From a virus (taxonomy: Duplodnaviria > Caudoviricetes): a DNA stretch of 26,250 bases. The notes below the pieces were generated by a model that saw only the letters and a program-made list of their open reading frames with translations, was not told the DNA's origin and did not search any database. Below, piece after piece: positions 19,201 through 26,250 of the stretch. Positions within the stretch are counted from its first letter, which is position 1. Every line of letters begins with the position of its first letter. Made by a program: the position numbers and the translations under genes. The DNA is taken from positions 1-26,250 of IMG/VR virus record IMGVR_UViG_3300005805_000414; one strand, written 5' to 3'.

Positions 19201-22200
19201 GTCCATCTTGATAAGTTTTTTGAAAACCAGCCAAAGATTCTGATAGCTGCCCAGTAAGCTGAGAGATTCCAGCTTCATCGAACTTCATATTTTTAAAATC
19301 AAACTTTAAATCTTGTTTTCCAGCTTCTTCTTTAATTGTGTCTATAAGTAGTTGTACTTGCTCTCTTGCCATACCCTGCGAAATTAATTCAACACCCTTA
19401 AATGTTAAGGCAGCCTCTGCTTGTTTTGATGTCATTCCACTAACCTGACCAATTGTGTCTTTATAGGCTGTTTGGAACTGTTCAGAACCTCTTATCTTCT
19501 CTCTTTCGCTTCTTGTTTTTGCAGCAACTACCTCAAGGCTTTTACCAAATTCTTCTAGCGACCCTTTTGATGGTATGAAATTAAAATAATCTCCAAGGAA
19601 TTGTGCTTGATCTTTAGTTGTGGACAGCACATCAGAAAATGCTTCTAGTTTCTTTCTTGTTTCTTCTTGATCGTTTTGATATCTTTTAAATCCTAAAGCA
19701 AGAGCACCAACTAAGGTTGTTGCAATTCCTATAGGGCCTAAAAATACTTTTAGTCCAAGTGCAACTCTTCCAAGAACACCAAGCAACCCTGATCGTCCTG
19801 CAATTGGTGCAACTGATTTACCAACATCTTTTGCAGTTGCCATTGCACCACGTGCTAGTTGTATTTTATCTGCTGCTAGTCTTAAAAATGATTGCTGAGT
19901 TAATAGCTGTGTAACTGACATAAGTGTAAACATTGCCAAGTTAATCTTAGATAGAGTACCTGCAAATTCTCCAAGTTTACCACCACTCATAGAAGCAATT
20001 CCAGCAAGTGAACCAAGGGCAAATGTTCCACTCATTAATCCACGATTTAAACTAGTCATTCTGTCCTGCATAGATATTGCAGACTTTTTCATTGTTTCTG
20101 AAGATATAGCAACTCCAGCAGCAATTTCATTTATTGAGGCACCTGCACCACCAGTAGCTCTTCTTGTATTAAGTGTACTTCTGCTTAATTTAGATGAGGC
20201 TTTTTGTCTTCCTTTGTCGTAGGCATTGGCATCATCTAATCCGTCTGGCTCAGCAAGTCTATGAGGACTTTGTCTATTGCGAGACTCTTCATACATATCT
20301 GCAACTGCTGCAGACTTTCTTCCCTTATCATATGCAACTGCATCACTCTTTCCGTCTGCTTCTGCCTTTTTTGCTGTAGCCACTGGATCAAAATTTTGAT
20401 AGTATGGATTAATTCCACCTTCTGGAGTAAAATATTTCTGTGATTTAGTTCTAATTTCTGCTGCAGATGCAGCAAATTCTGCACGATACGATTGAGACAT
20501 GGCTTGTCCAGTTATTGATGCTGCAGTTCCCCTAGTAGCCAAATCTTGCCTTGCTACCTGTGCAAGAATTTCATACTCTCTTTTAGTTTTTGGTTGTTGT
20601 CCAGCCGAAAGTCTTTCTACTACACCAGACTGTTGTTCTGCTGCAGTAGTGATTGATTGCATGAATGCTGATAATTTATCTTTAAAGTTTTGTCCAGTTG
20701 CAGACAAATCATTTAAATAGGCATTGATTGCTGTATCTTCTGCCTGAAGCCTTGATATTCCTTCTGCTGTTTTTGTTGCCCAACTTTTTACTTGCCCAGC
20801 TTCTTTAGGAACTAAGTGAGCTATAGATGTTCCAGCCATTCCTCTGGTATCTCTAGGATCAAAGCCAACCTGTCTTAATTGTTCAGGGGATAAGGATGCA
20901 TATTTTTTAGCCAATTGTTCCTTAGCAGCCATCTCCATTGCACGAGTATCCCAGGCTTGCATAGAAGCTTTTCTTTTTGATAAGCCTTGTGGAGCACTAG
21001 AAGACTCCTCATCAACAAATCTACCAAGCTGACTCTTTTTAAGAGAAAGAATTCCTTTATCTATACTATTTTTTAATTCTTGACCAAATGTTTCTACACT
21101 TATACTTGTTCCCTTTAATGCTTCAACGATTTGCGGTATTTGTGCTCTTATTGCATTTTGAATTTCTTGTGGCAGTTCTAAAATTCTTGATTCAATAGCG
21201 GGACCAACGCTTCTTCTGCTAAGGGTAGTTGGTGTTCCAAAAACATTACCAGGAACCTTTCCAACGCCCTTAGCATATCCTGGAATATTGTCTGCAATCA
21301 TTCCATTAATCAATGGTGCATACTTCTTTACCATATCTTTTGGAACAACTGCTTCACCTGGGGTAAGCATTGCTGGAACTGTATCTTTATTTCCGCTTCC
21401 TGGAACTAAGGAAATTCCTTTATTATATTTCTTTGGTGGTAGCATTGCTCCTGGATTTTGTGTAGCAAATGTTTGTAATGCAGTAAGTGCAGATCTATAC
21501 TCATTAGCAAGATTTCTAACTGCCCCCGCTTCTGCATTAAATGTTTGTGTAAGTCTTGCATGTGATTGATCTAATGAGTGTGCTACAGCAGCAGCTTTTT
21601 GCTGCTCTACTGTTAAAAACTCAGTTTGTTCGCCAAGAATTTGAGATTGTCCAGTTAATCTTAAATAACCTTGACGTAATACCATTAATCCTTTAATGCC
21701 GTTTGCAACTGCGTTAGCTAATAAACCAAAAGTCATTAGTGCTACTGGACCTATTGCACCAAGTGCAACAGTTAATATTGTTATTACTTTTTTGGTGCCA
21801 GAAGACAGATTATTAAATTTATCTAAGAAGTTACCAACAAATTCAACAATTGGTGTTATAGCCTCAAGAAATGTTTGACCAACTGGAACTAATGCTAGCT
21901 TTAATTCTTCTACAGATTTTCTAAACTTCATCATTGATGATTCAGCAGTCATTCCCAATTCTTGTTCTGCCATAGATGCTAGATCTGAAGTTGATGCTGC
22001 TGCCAAATCTAAAACACGTGATGCCTGATTACCATCTTTTGTTACATTTTCAAAAAGAGTGGACAGACGTGCTAATTGAAACTTACCAAATAACTGTTCA
22101 ATTGCTCTCTGTCTATTAAGATCTGATAGATTATCTAGTGCCTGAGCAAATTCAATCACAGTTTGTTTTACATTTCCAGCATTCTTATTAACGATTGCAT

Positions 22201-23413
22201 CGATATCAATTCCAAAACCTCGCATCATTTCTGTTGCTTTATCAGTAGGATTAATAAGAGATGCAAGACCAGACTTTAATGCGTTAGCGCCCTCTGATGC
22301 ATTAATTCCACCCTCTTTCATCGCTGCCATGAAGAATGCTAGATCTTTTACATCTCCGCCAAGTTGTTTTACAACTGGAGCAGCTTTAGGAATAGCAGTG
22401 GTAATGTCATCAAGAGAAACTACGGTTTGGTTTTCAACTGCGTTAAGGAAGTTTATAGACTCTGCAAGATCTTCTGAGTTCATCTGGAAAGCATTTTGTA
22501 AAGATATAGTGGTCTCTAAAGCTTTTTGCTGATCAACCTGTCCAAGAACTTGAAGCCTTGTTGCTTCAGTTACTTGTCTTTGTAAGTCTAAACCCTGGAA
22601 ACCTGCTGCTGCAGCCTCTGCTGCTAGATTTACTGTTTGAGATACTGCAATACCATATTTAGTAAACATCTCTCCAAGAGCAGTTATATCTGCAAGAGCC
22701 TGCTCTCTTTCTGCTGCTGGAGTGAATAAATCTCCATAAACCTTTCTAAATTTAATTGCAGCAGTTTCCATATCCATAAACACTCTTGATGCTGTTGTTC
22801 CAAGAGCTGCCAAAGGCAAAGTAAAGCCAACCATAAGCTGACGACCAGCCCACTGTGTATTCTTACCAAAATTTAATAGATTTGTTGATCCCTGCTTTAA
22901 TAGCTGATTAAAAAGTGCTTGTCTTTGTGCTGCAATTTGTAGCTGTGTAGACATTTTTGACATGTCGAGTTCATTTGGAATAACAGCTATTGCCCTCATT
23001 GCACCGCTAGCATCACGGCCCATCTTTATGTACTGAGTTTGTAGCCTCTTTACATTTTCTTCAGCTACTTTATTTATTGTGTCAAATTCAGACTTAAATA
23101 ATTTACCAAATGATTTTGTTGCACCGCCAGCAAATCGGAAGTACTCACGCATTGAAAATTTATTCTTTTCAAGCGAGTCTGTAAATGATTCTGCTGTTGT
23201 TTTTACAGTTCGTAACTCTGCAGAGAAAGCACCAATAGAATTAATTCCATTGATAAAGTTTCTCTGCAGATTACGTTGTGCTAACGCTGCGGTTTCACTA
23301 GATTTTGCTATAGATGTGTGAAACTGCGATATTTGTCTTTGAAGAGCTTTTAGCTGCGATAATGCCTCAGATGTTTGAATATTAATGCCAATATTAGCAT
23401 TAACGTCAGCCAT
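16265..23413 (-). CDS. tail tape measure protein (TMP)
   Basis: 2382 aa, Ala/Gln/Lys-rich and helical; TMP core (AAEAAAAGF...EGANALKSGL), hydrophobic TM-like segments, coiled coils, C-terminal D.IPAMLTPGEFV motif; follows the chaperone genes; GAGGTG SD. Confidence 0.96.
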   Translation of the reverse strand: MADVNANIGINIQTSEALSQLKALQRQISQFHTSIAKSSETAALAQRNLQRNFINGINSIGAFSAELRTVKTTAESFTDSLEKNKFSMREYFRFAGGATKSFGKLFKSEFDTINKVAEENVKRLQTQYIKMGRDASGAMRAIAVIPNELDMSKMSTQLQIAAQRQALFNQLLKQGSTNLLNFGKNTQWAGRQLMVGFTLPLAALGTTASRVFMDMETAAIKFRKVYGDLFTPAAEREQALADITALGEMFTKYGIAVSQTVNLAAEAAAAGFQGLDLQRQVTEATRLQVLGQVDQQKALETTISLQNAFQMNSEDLAESINFLNAVENQTVVSLDDITTAIPKAAPVVKQLGGDVKDLAFFMAAMKEGGINASEGANALKSGLASLINPTDKATEMMRGFGIDIDAIVNKNAGNVKQTVIEFAQALDNLSDLNRQRAIEQLFGKFQLARLSTLFENVTKDGNQASRVLDLAAASTSDLASMAEQELGMTAESSMMKFRKSVEELKLALVPVGQTFLEAITPIVEFVGNFLDKFNNLSSGTKKVITILTVALGAIGPVALMTFGLLANAVANGIKGLMVLRQGYLRLTGQSQILGEQTEFLTVEQQKAAAVAHSLDQSHARLTQTFNAEAGAVRNLANEYRSALTALQTFATQNPGAMLPPKKYNKGISLVPGSGNKDTVPAMLTPGEAVVPKDMVKKYAPLINGMIADNIPGYAKGVGKVPGNVFGTPTTLSRRSVGPAIESRILELPQEIQNAIRAQIPQIVEALKGTSISVETFGQELKNSIDKGILSLKKSQLGRFVDEESSSAPQGLSKRKASMQAWDTRAMEMAAKEQLAKKYASLSPEQLRQVGFDPRDTRGMAGTSIAHLVPKEAGQVKSWATKTAEGISRLQAEDTAINAYLNDLSATGQNFKDKLSAFMQSITTAAEQQSGVVERLSAGQQPKTKREYEILAQVARQDLATRGTAASITGQAMSQSYRAEFAASAAEIRTKSQKYFTPEGGINPYYQNFDPVATAKKAEADGKSDAVAYDKGRKSAAVADMYEESRNRQSPHRLAEPDGLDDANAYDKGRQKASSKLSRSTLNTRRATGGAGASINEIAAGVAISSETMKKSAISMQDRMTSLNRGLMSGTFALGSLAGIASMSGGKLGEFAGTLSKINLAMFTLMSVTQLLTQQSFLRLAADKIQLARGAMATAKDVGKSVAPIAGRSGLLGVLGRVALGLKVFLGPIGIATTLVGALALGFKRYQNDQEETRKKLEAFSDVLSTTKDQAQFLGDYFNFIPSKGSLEEFGKSLEVVAAKTRSEREKIRGSEQFQTAYKDTIGQVSGMTSKQAEAALTFKGVELISQGMAREQVQLLIDTIKEEAGKQDLKFDFKNMKFDEAGISQLTGQLSESLAGFQKTYQDGLDKAFKYQATGTGYGAQVKIIETLVPNKEAKAALKNASAGIASYSESINRLVKSSAIDANQFRKLTSSMFESIEKSVPDSTTRLKLFNAVLKTIDPSLAKATKGVKNLEQKQLLLQSAIAGVSSNLIVNAAMAFISAEAINKVADANLKNLGIKFPTADFAAEYGKKTGDAVSAQQLLNKAIDDAVALQKKLNDALSGGGGGGGEGPFSKAKKSLQDQLIELQNTEKAYKKLKSMGVETGRAFEIASDSVLAAAIASDSLDTTQWEILKTLIKDVNKELLDGELRTFFETRTAEINLKKQFAEILPLLEGLGLKAEDIKEIFSNPDLAREFINDLQDGAIDSKRLATYIKQIPEMKRIDIILGLSADEAKEELRRKADELFGFLERAAQRAFKRPIKAAEDAVEDAQDAVDATQKKIDGLQETIDKKQRNIEIEITRRIEDYQTDIDNLQREIETSFNRPIEAIQEQIAIIERGIEFDFDRPMAALQETSSDLSNDLTLMDKQAESINEKYDLQEKALNKISDLNKDIAAQQKQQISLADALSQGDISAAAQMAQEMRASAAESASNKAQEQIQAQRQIALDKLRNSAGLTRKQIEEKQFAISQQIYLLEEKREAVQSQIQIKQDEIYQIELRRKPLLDAIKSNEDQIYILETRRKAEMLIIRGYEDQIYDIKVGQLATDTEILDKAKKNLEEIKQQLQARLDDIELRKDAWEADKDAEIAAKVAAGEYNGVITATLGILESIEQKWKDIEEAARKAAAAGAGGVGGGGGGNGGTPNPNTEYVPPQSTPEEEAALDQLIAAAEAVDAAALALENIENELANARATSSFTFIDRLLDRRDAAKQKLKQAQDQYDKIAGIVTAPNYSGGSSGGGGGDQLFMARGGLVKPKYMAVGGFARGTDKIPAMLTPGEFVMSKYAVAQYGTDRLKAMNSGTSSYDSVYNYSVNVNVKSGSNPEEIARAVMMQIKNIENQRVRGQRI
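17183..17915 (-). repeat. degenerate 21- and 22-residue protein repeats in the TMP coiled coil
   Basis: IEIEITRRI/IETSFNRPI/IEFDFDRPM at 22-aa spacing and QQIYLLE/DEIYQIE/DQIYILE/DQIYDIK at 21-aa spacing. Confidence 0.65.
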
Positions 23414-23435
23414 TTTTCACCTCTTCAATTTTCAA

Positions 23436-23747
23436 TTAGTCAACAATATCTGAAGAAGCAGCTAGCTGTGAGCTAGATGCAGCTTCTACGATCTTGTATA
23501 CGGTTGGCAAATCTAAAATGTCTTCTAGCTTCTCTACATCAGCTAGCTCTGGCTTATATTGTTGCATAGCAATTGCTACACATTCAATAAGCAAATTCAT
23601 AGACTTTTCATTATCATCCGCCACTGCCGCAACTCCCTCAAACTTCTTCATAAAATTACGAAGAAGAGAAATTTTAAGAGGGCGGACCTGGATTGTTGTC
23701 CCGTCCATAAGTGTGAGCTCTTTAGGCTCGTACACGGTTGTTGCCAT
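23436..23747 (-). CDS. tail assembly chaperone, short form (gpG-like)
   Basis: 103 aa, immediately upstream of the TMP; paralogous to the N-terminal half of 23802..24497; AGGAGG SD. Confidence 0.8.
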   Translation of the reverse strand: MATTVYEPKELTLMDGTTIQVRPLKISLLRNFMKKFEGVAAVADDNEKSMNLLIECVAIAMQQYKPELADVEKLEDILDLPTVYKIVEAASSSQLAASSDIVD

Positions 23748-23776
23748 TATTTTTTCCTCCTAGATAGATTAGATTA

Positions 23777-23785
23777 ATTATAGCA
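23777..23785 (-). promoter_or_regulatory. extended -10 promoter for the short chaperone and TMP
   Basis: Consensus TGCTATAAT in the intergenic gap, followed by AGGAGG SD. Confidence 0.7.
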
Positions 23786-23801
23786 TAAAAAGGCTATTTT
23801 A

Positions 23802-24497
23802 TTAACCTCTTAAATCTTCGTAATCAAGACCCATCCCGATTCCGAATCCTGCTTTTTTAGCATTTGGTCCTTGTAAAGACAGTACGTCTTTACTATCTTT
23901 TGTCTGTCCACCACTAAATACCCTAGCTTTTAAATCTTCCCATTCTTTTTGACCACGCTCTGCTCCAGTAGCTGCGTCTAAGTCTACACCCTGTATGGCA
24001 GCTAAAAATTTTCTTTCCTCATAGTCGTTTTCTCTTTTACTTTCCAGGGTGGATAGTAGTTCTGGCATAGACAAAGATTTTTCTAATTCCTGATAATCTT
24101 TCCAAATACCAAGCAAAAATACCTCTGATTCTAGTCTTGCAAGATCAAGATCTTTCCATGTTTTACCACTACCAACTGCTTGATTTTTAACAGTTTCTTC
24201 AGACTTTTGATTAATTTTAATATCTGCTGCTATATCTAATATTTTATATATTGTTGGCAAATCTATATTATCTTCTACATCTTCAATATTATTAGATATT
24301 TCTGGATAGTATTGTTTCATACATATTCTTACACATTCTGTTAATTTTGATATGGCTTCATCATCGTCTTTTGATTTGTATACCTCTTCAAAAGCAGACA
24401 TGAACTCTCTTAAATATTTTATTTTTAATGGAGATATCTCTAATTCTTTTCCATCAACTAAAAAAATATTTCCTTTTTTGTATATTTCAGTAGCCAT
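23802..24497 (-). CDS. tail assembly chaperone, long form (gpGT-like in-frame fusion)
   Basis: 231 aa from ATG at 24497 (MATEIY, aligning with MATTVY of the paralog). The ORF-track start at 24530 lies inside the terminator hairpin. Located between tail tube and TMP. Confidence 0.8.
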   Translation of the reverse strand: MATEIYKKGNIFLVDGKELEISPLKIKYLREFMSAFEEVYKSKDDDEAISKLTECVRICMKQYYPEISNNIEDVEDNIDLPTIYKILDIAADIKINQKSEETVKNQAVGSGKTWKDLDLARLESEVFLLGIWKDYQELEKSLSMPELLSTLESKRENDYEERKFLAAIQGVDLDAATGAERGQKEWEDLKARVFSGGQTKDSKDVLSLQGPNAKKAGFGIGMGLDYEDLRG

Positions 24498-24504
24498 TTT
24501 ATCT

Positions 24505-24513
24505 ATTTTACCA
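24505..24513 (-). promoter_or_regulatory. extended -10 promoter, probably giving a leaderless mRNA for the long chaperone
   Basis: TGGTAAAAT followed by 7 nt (AGATAAA), then ATG; no SD. Confidence 0.65.
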
Positions 24514-24514
24514 C

Positions 24515-24547
24515 AAACAACAAAGCCCACCGTAAAATACGATGGGC
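24515..24547 (-). terminator. intrinsic terminator after the major tail gene
   Basis: Minus strand GCCCATCGT-ATTTT-ACGGTGGGC (9-bp stem with one G-U pair) followed by TTTGTTGTTT, about 20 nt after the stop codon. Confidence 0.8.
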
Positions 24548-24568
24548 AAGTTGTAATCTAAAACTAGA

Positions 24569-25204
24569 TTATGAAGCTGGTGTCCAAGTGCGATCTACGA
24601 TCTTACCATAGGATCCAGATGTATCTTCAGGAAGAAGACGGAAGGAAACTTCAAACATGGAAGGTTCATCACGCTTTGCAGAAACAGTTACGTTCTCAAT
24701 TGAGAGAGCACGATATGCTGTGTAAACACGTTCTACGGTTGCGGAGTCTTCGCAGTCTCCAGTTCCAGGTCCAACAGCAACGATACCACGTTCAACTGGA
24801 CATTCTCCAATGTCACCTGCTGAAAGATTTAATACCTGTCCTGCTGATGTTGACTTTGTTCCTGATAGTTCATCACTGCTGTAAGCAAGCGCCAAGAGAA
24901 GGTTCTCAAGTGTAGCTTCAGCAAAAGCAGTAGCAAGATTTACTTGCATTCCCTGCTTGTATAACTTAGCAACGTCAAGAATTTGATCTACCTGTACTTC
25001 TCCGAAGTCTGGTTGGAACTGCAATTCGAGACCGTTCATGGTGTAACCTACGTTTGTATAATCTGCAGAATCGGAGAGTGTGTCTCTGAATGATTCTGCT
25101 GAATCAAACGCCTCCAGTGAGCCTGGAGTAAGGGTTGTGTCTGCTACAAAAAGAGCAGCTGCGCCAACGATAATGTTGGTCGATGTACCACGAGTGTATG
25201 CCAT
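24569..25204 (-). CDS. major tail tube protein
   Basis: 211 aa, acidic; NIIVGAAALFV, VGYTMNGLELQFQPDFGEVQVDQ, FAEATLENL, FEVSFRLLP; flanked by its own promoter/SD and a terminator. Confidence 0.88.
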   Translation of the reverse strand: MAYTRGTSTNIIVGAAALFVADTTLTPGSLEAFDSAESFRDTLSDSADYTNVGYTMNGLELQFQPDFGEVQVDQILDVAKLYKQGMQVNLATAFAEATLENLLLALAYSSDELSGTKSTSAGQVLNLSAGDIGECPVERGIVAVGPGTGDCEDSATVERVYTAYRALSIENVTVSAKRDEPSMFEVSFRLLPEDTSGSYGKIVDRTWTPAS

Positions 25205-25266
25205 ATTTTTTCACCTCTACTTTCAATAGAATCTATATGAAGTTTTTGGCGGGTTTCCTCACCTCA

Positions 25267-25275
25267 AGTATATCA
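25267..25275 (-). promoter_or_regulatory. extended -10 promoter for the major tail gene
   Basis: Intergenic TGATATACT, about 60-nt leader and GAGGTGA SD. Confidence 0.6.
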
Positions 25276-25281
25276 GCATTT

Positions 25282-25863
25282 TTAGCTATAGGGATTTTGA
25301 TAAGATACCCCACCTATGGTTATGGTATCTTTTATATGATAGTCATATTCTACAATAATTTTATTAACAAACAATGTTCTAGCAGATGCTAGCTCTGCAA
25401 CATCCCTGCTTTCGTCTGCTTGATAGACTCTTATATTATGAAAAAACACATTATTAGGTACCCCTGAAATTGGGTTGTTTTTTAGCCATAGGTTTACATC
25501 TTGAGCAGCAGCATCTTCTCTATCTAAGGCATCTGTAATAATACGAACAGAGTTAATAAGCTTTGCAACATCTGAAGAGTATATAAAATAAATCAACTGC
25601 TCTCTTTTGTGTCTATAAAATGGAGTTGGCCTGAATCTCATTAGCCTATCATATACAATTAATATTGGTGCCTCTACCTGCCTAATCTGTATCTGATCAT
25701 TATATAAATCTTCTATATTTGTTGGAAACTGAGCTGGAATCATTGGATCAAATCCTGCTTGAGTTAATCCCCCATCAGCTATCAATCCAAATTCTGCTAG
25801 CTGCCCTTTAACATATTGATTTAAAAACGTTGGTGGAAACCCAGTGGTTTTAATTTCTTCCAT
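25282..25863 (-). CDS. putative tail terminator / tail completion protein
   Basis: 193 aa immediately upstream of the tail tube gene; PILIVYD...EQLIYFIYS pattern; assignment mainly by synteny. Confidence 0.6.
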   Translation of the reverse strand: MEEIKTTGFPPTFLNQYVKGQLAEFGLIADGGLTQAGFDPMIPAQFPTNIEDLYNDQIQIRQVEAPILIVYDRLMRFRPTPFYRHKREQLIYFIYSSDVAKLINSVRIITDALDREDAAAQDVNLWLKNNPISGVPNNVFFHNIRVYQADESRDVAELASARTLFVNKIIVEYDYHIKDTITIGGVSYQNPYS

Positions 25864-26250
25864 TATTCTACTCCAATTCTAGCATTTATAATCCACTTAT
25901 ACCCAGTGTCTAATCCTTTTGATTTGCCAATTTTAGATCCTGCTTTAATATTTTTCTTATATGTGGATGGATTATTTATATATTCGTATAGACCACTCGC
26001 CCTGATAAAAGATTGTTTAAAATATTTTAACATGAATTCATCAAAGGCTCTTTCATATGATCCAGACACATCATTACCGCCAGGATTTATAACTGTTACT
26101 GGTTTTTTTGTAAATACCTGTCCACCACCAGCCTCAAATACTAAAGGACTATTTCTTTTTGGCTTTATAACAACTGGTATTCCATTTTCCATTATTGATG
26201 CTTTATTATAAAATGGTGTATTTGCAGTTTCTGACAAAGTTTTTGATTGT
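25863..26250 (-). CDS. putative neck/head-tail protein (5' end outside the window)
   Basis: Frame is open to the window edge (...QSKTLSETANTPFYNKASIMENG...IKPKRNSPLVFE...VFTKKPVTVINPGG); the I.PK....L.F...VF.K.V..PG pattern and position suggest a neck protein. Confidence 0.55.
   Translation of the reverse strand, partial: QSKTLSETANTPFYNKASIMENGIPVVIKPKRNSPLVFEAGGGQVFTKKPVTVINPGGNDVSGSYERAFDEFMLKYFKQSFIRASGLYEYINNPSTYKKNIKAGSKIGKSKGLDTGYKWIINARIGVE
25876..25884 (-). promoter_or_regulatory. extended -10 promoter embedded in the end of the neck gene
   Basis: TGCTAGAAT 12 nt before the ATG at 25863, with GGAG in between. Confidence 0.45.

Noticed and set aside
24150-24215. Slippery site in the long chaperone gene
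   Set aside because: GTT AAA AAT and GGT AAA ACA do not form an in-frame X XXY YYZ heptamer; the ORF is continuous.
597-26211. Many short plus-strand ORFs and nested alternative-frame minus-strand ORFs in the track
   Set aside because: They lie antisense to or within well-supported genes, show no recognisable motifs, and read like shadow ORFs.
1-26250. Inteins, introns, tRNAs, CRISPR arrays, integrase/att sites, DGR repeats, stop-codon recoding
   Set aside because: DnaE, helicase and RecA have normal lengths without splice motifs; intergenic gaps are under 80 nt; no repeat-spacer pattern seen; genes are intact in the standard code.

Overview
AT-rich fragment of a large tailed dsDNA phage genome with siphovirus-type organisation: no tail sheath gene lies between the tail terminator and the tape measure gene. 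All credible genes are on the minus strand. In transcription order (right to left): neck protein (partial), tail terminator, major tail tube, two paralogous tail assembly chaperones, a 2382-aa tape measure protein, distal tail protein, hub/tail-tip protein and four tail-tip proteins. A replication/recombination module follows directly: Zn-ribbon protein, MerR-type HTH protein, two small unknowns, DnaB-like helicase, DnaG-like primase, gp32-like SSB, DnaE (Pol III alpha), MazG-like pyrophosphatase and RecA (partial, missing from the ORF track). Extended -10 promoters (TGnTAnAnT) recur at gene boundaries and one gene looks leaderless. This is compatible with an actinobacterial or other Gram-positive host (inference only). 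Main oddities: (1) the usual frameshift-derived G/GT chaperone pair seems replaced by a fused long gene plus a duplicated short gene, each with its own expression signals; (2) the tape measure protein has an internal copy of its C-terminal motif followed by a possible cargo domain with a His-Me-finger-like pattern; (3) DnaE lacks an evident clamp-binding segment but seems to have tandem OB folds; (4) RecA has altered ATPase residues. All calls come from motif reading and synteny by eye; no searches were run.
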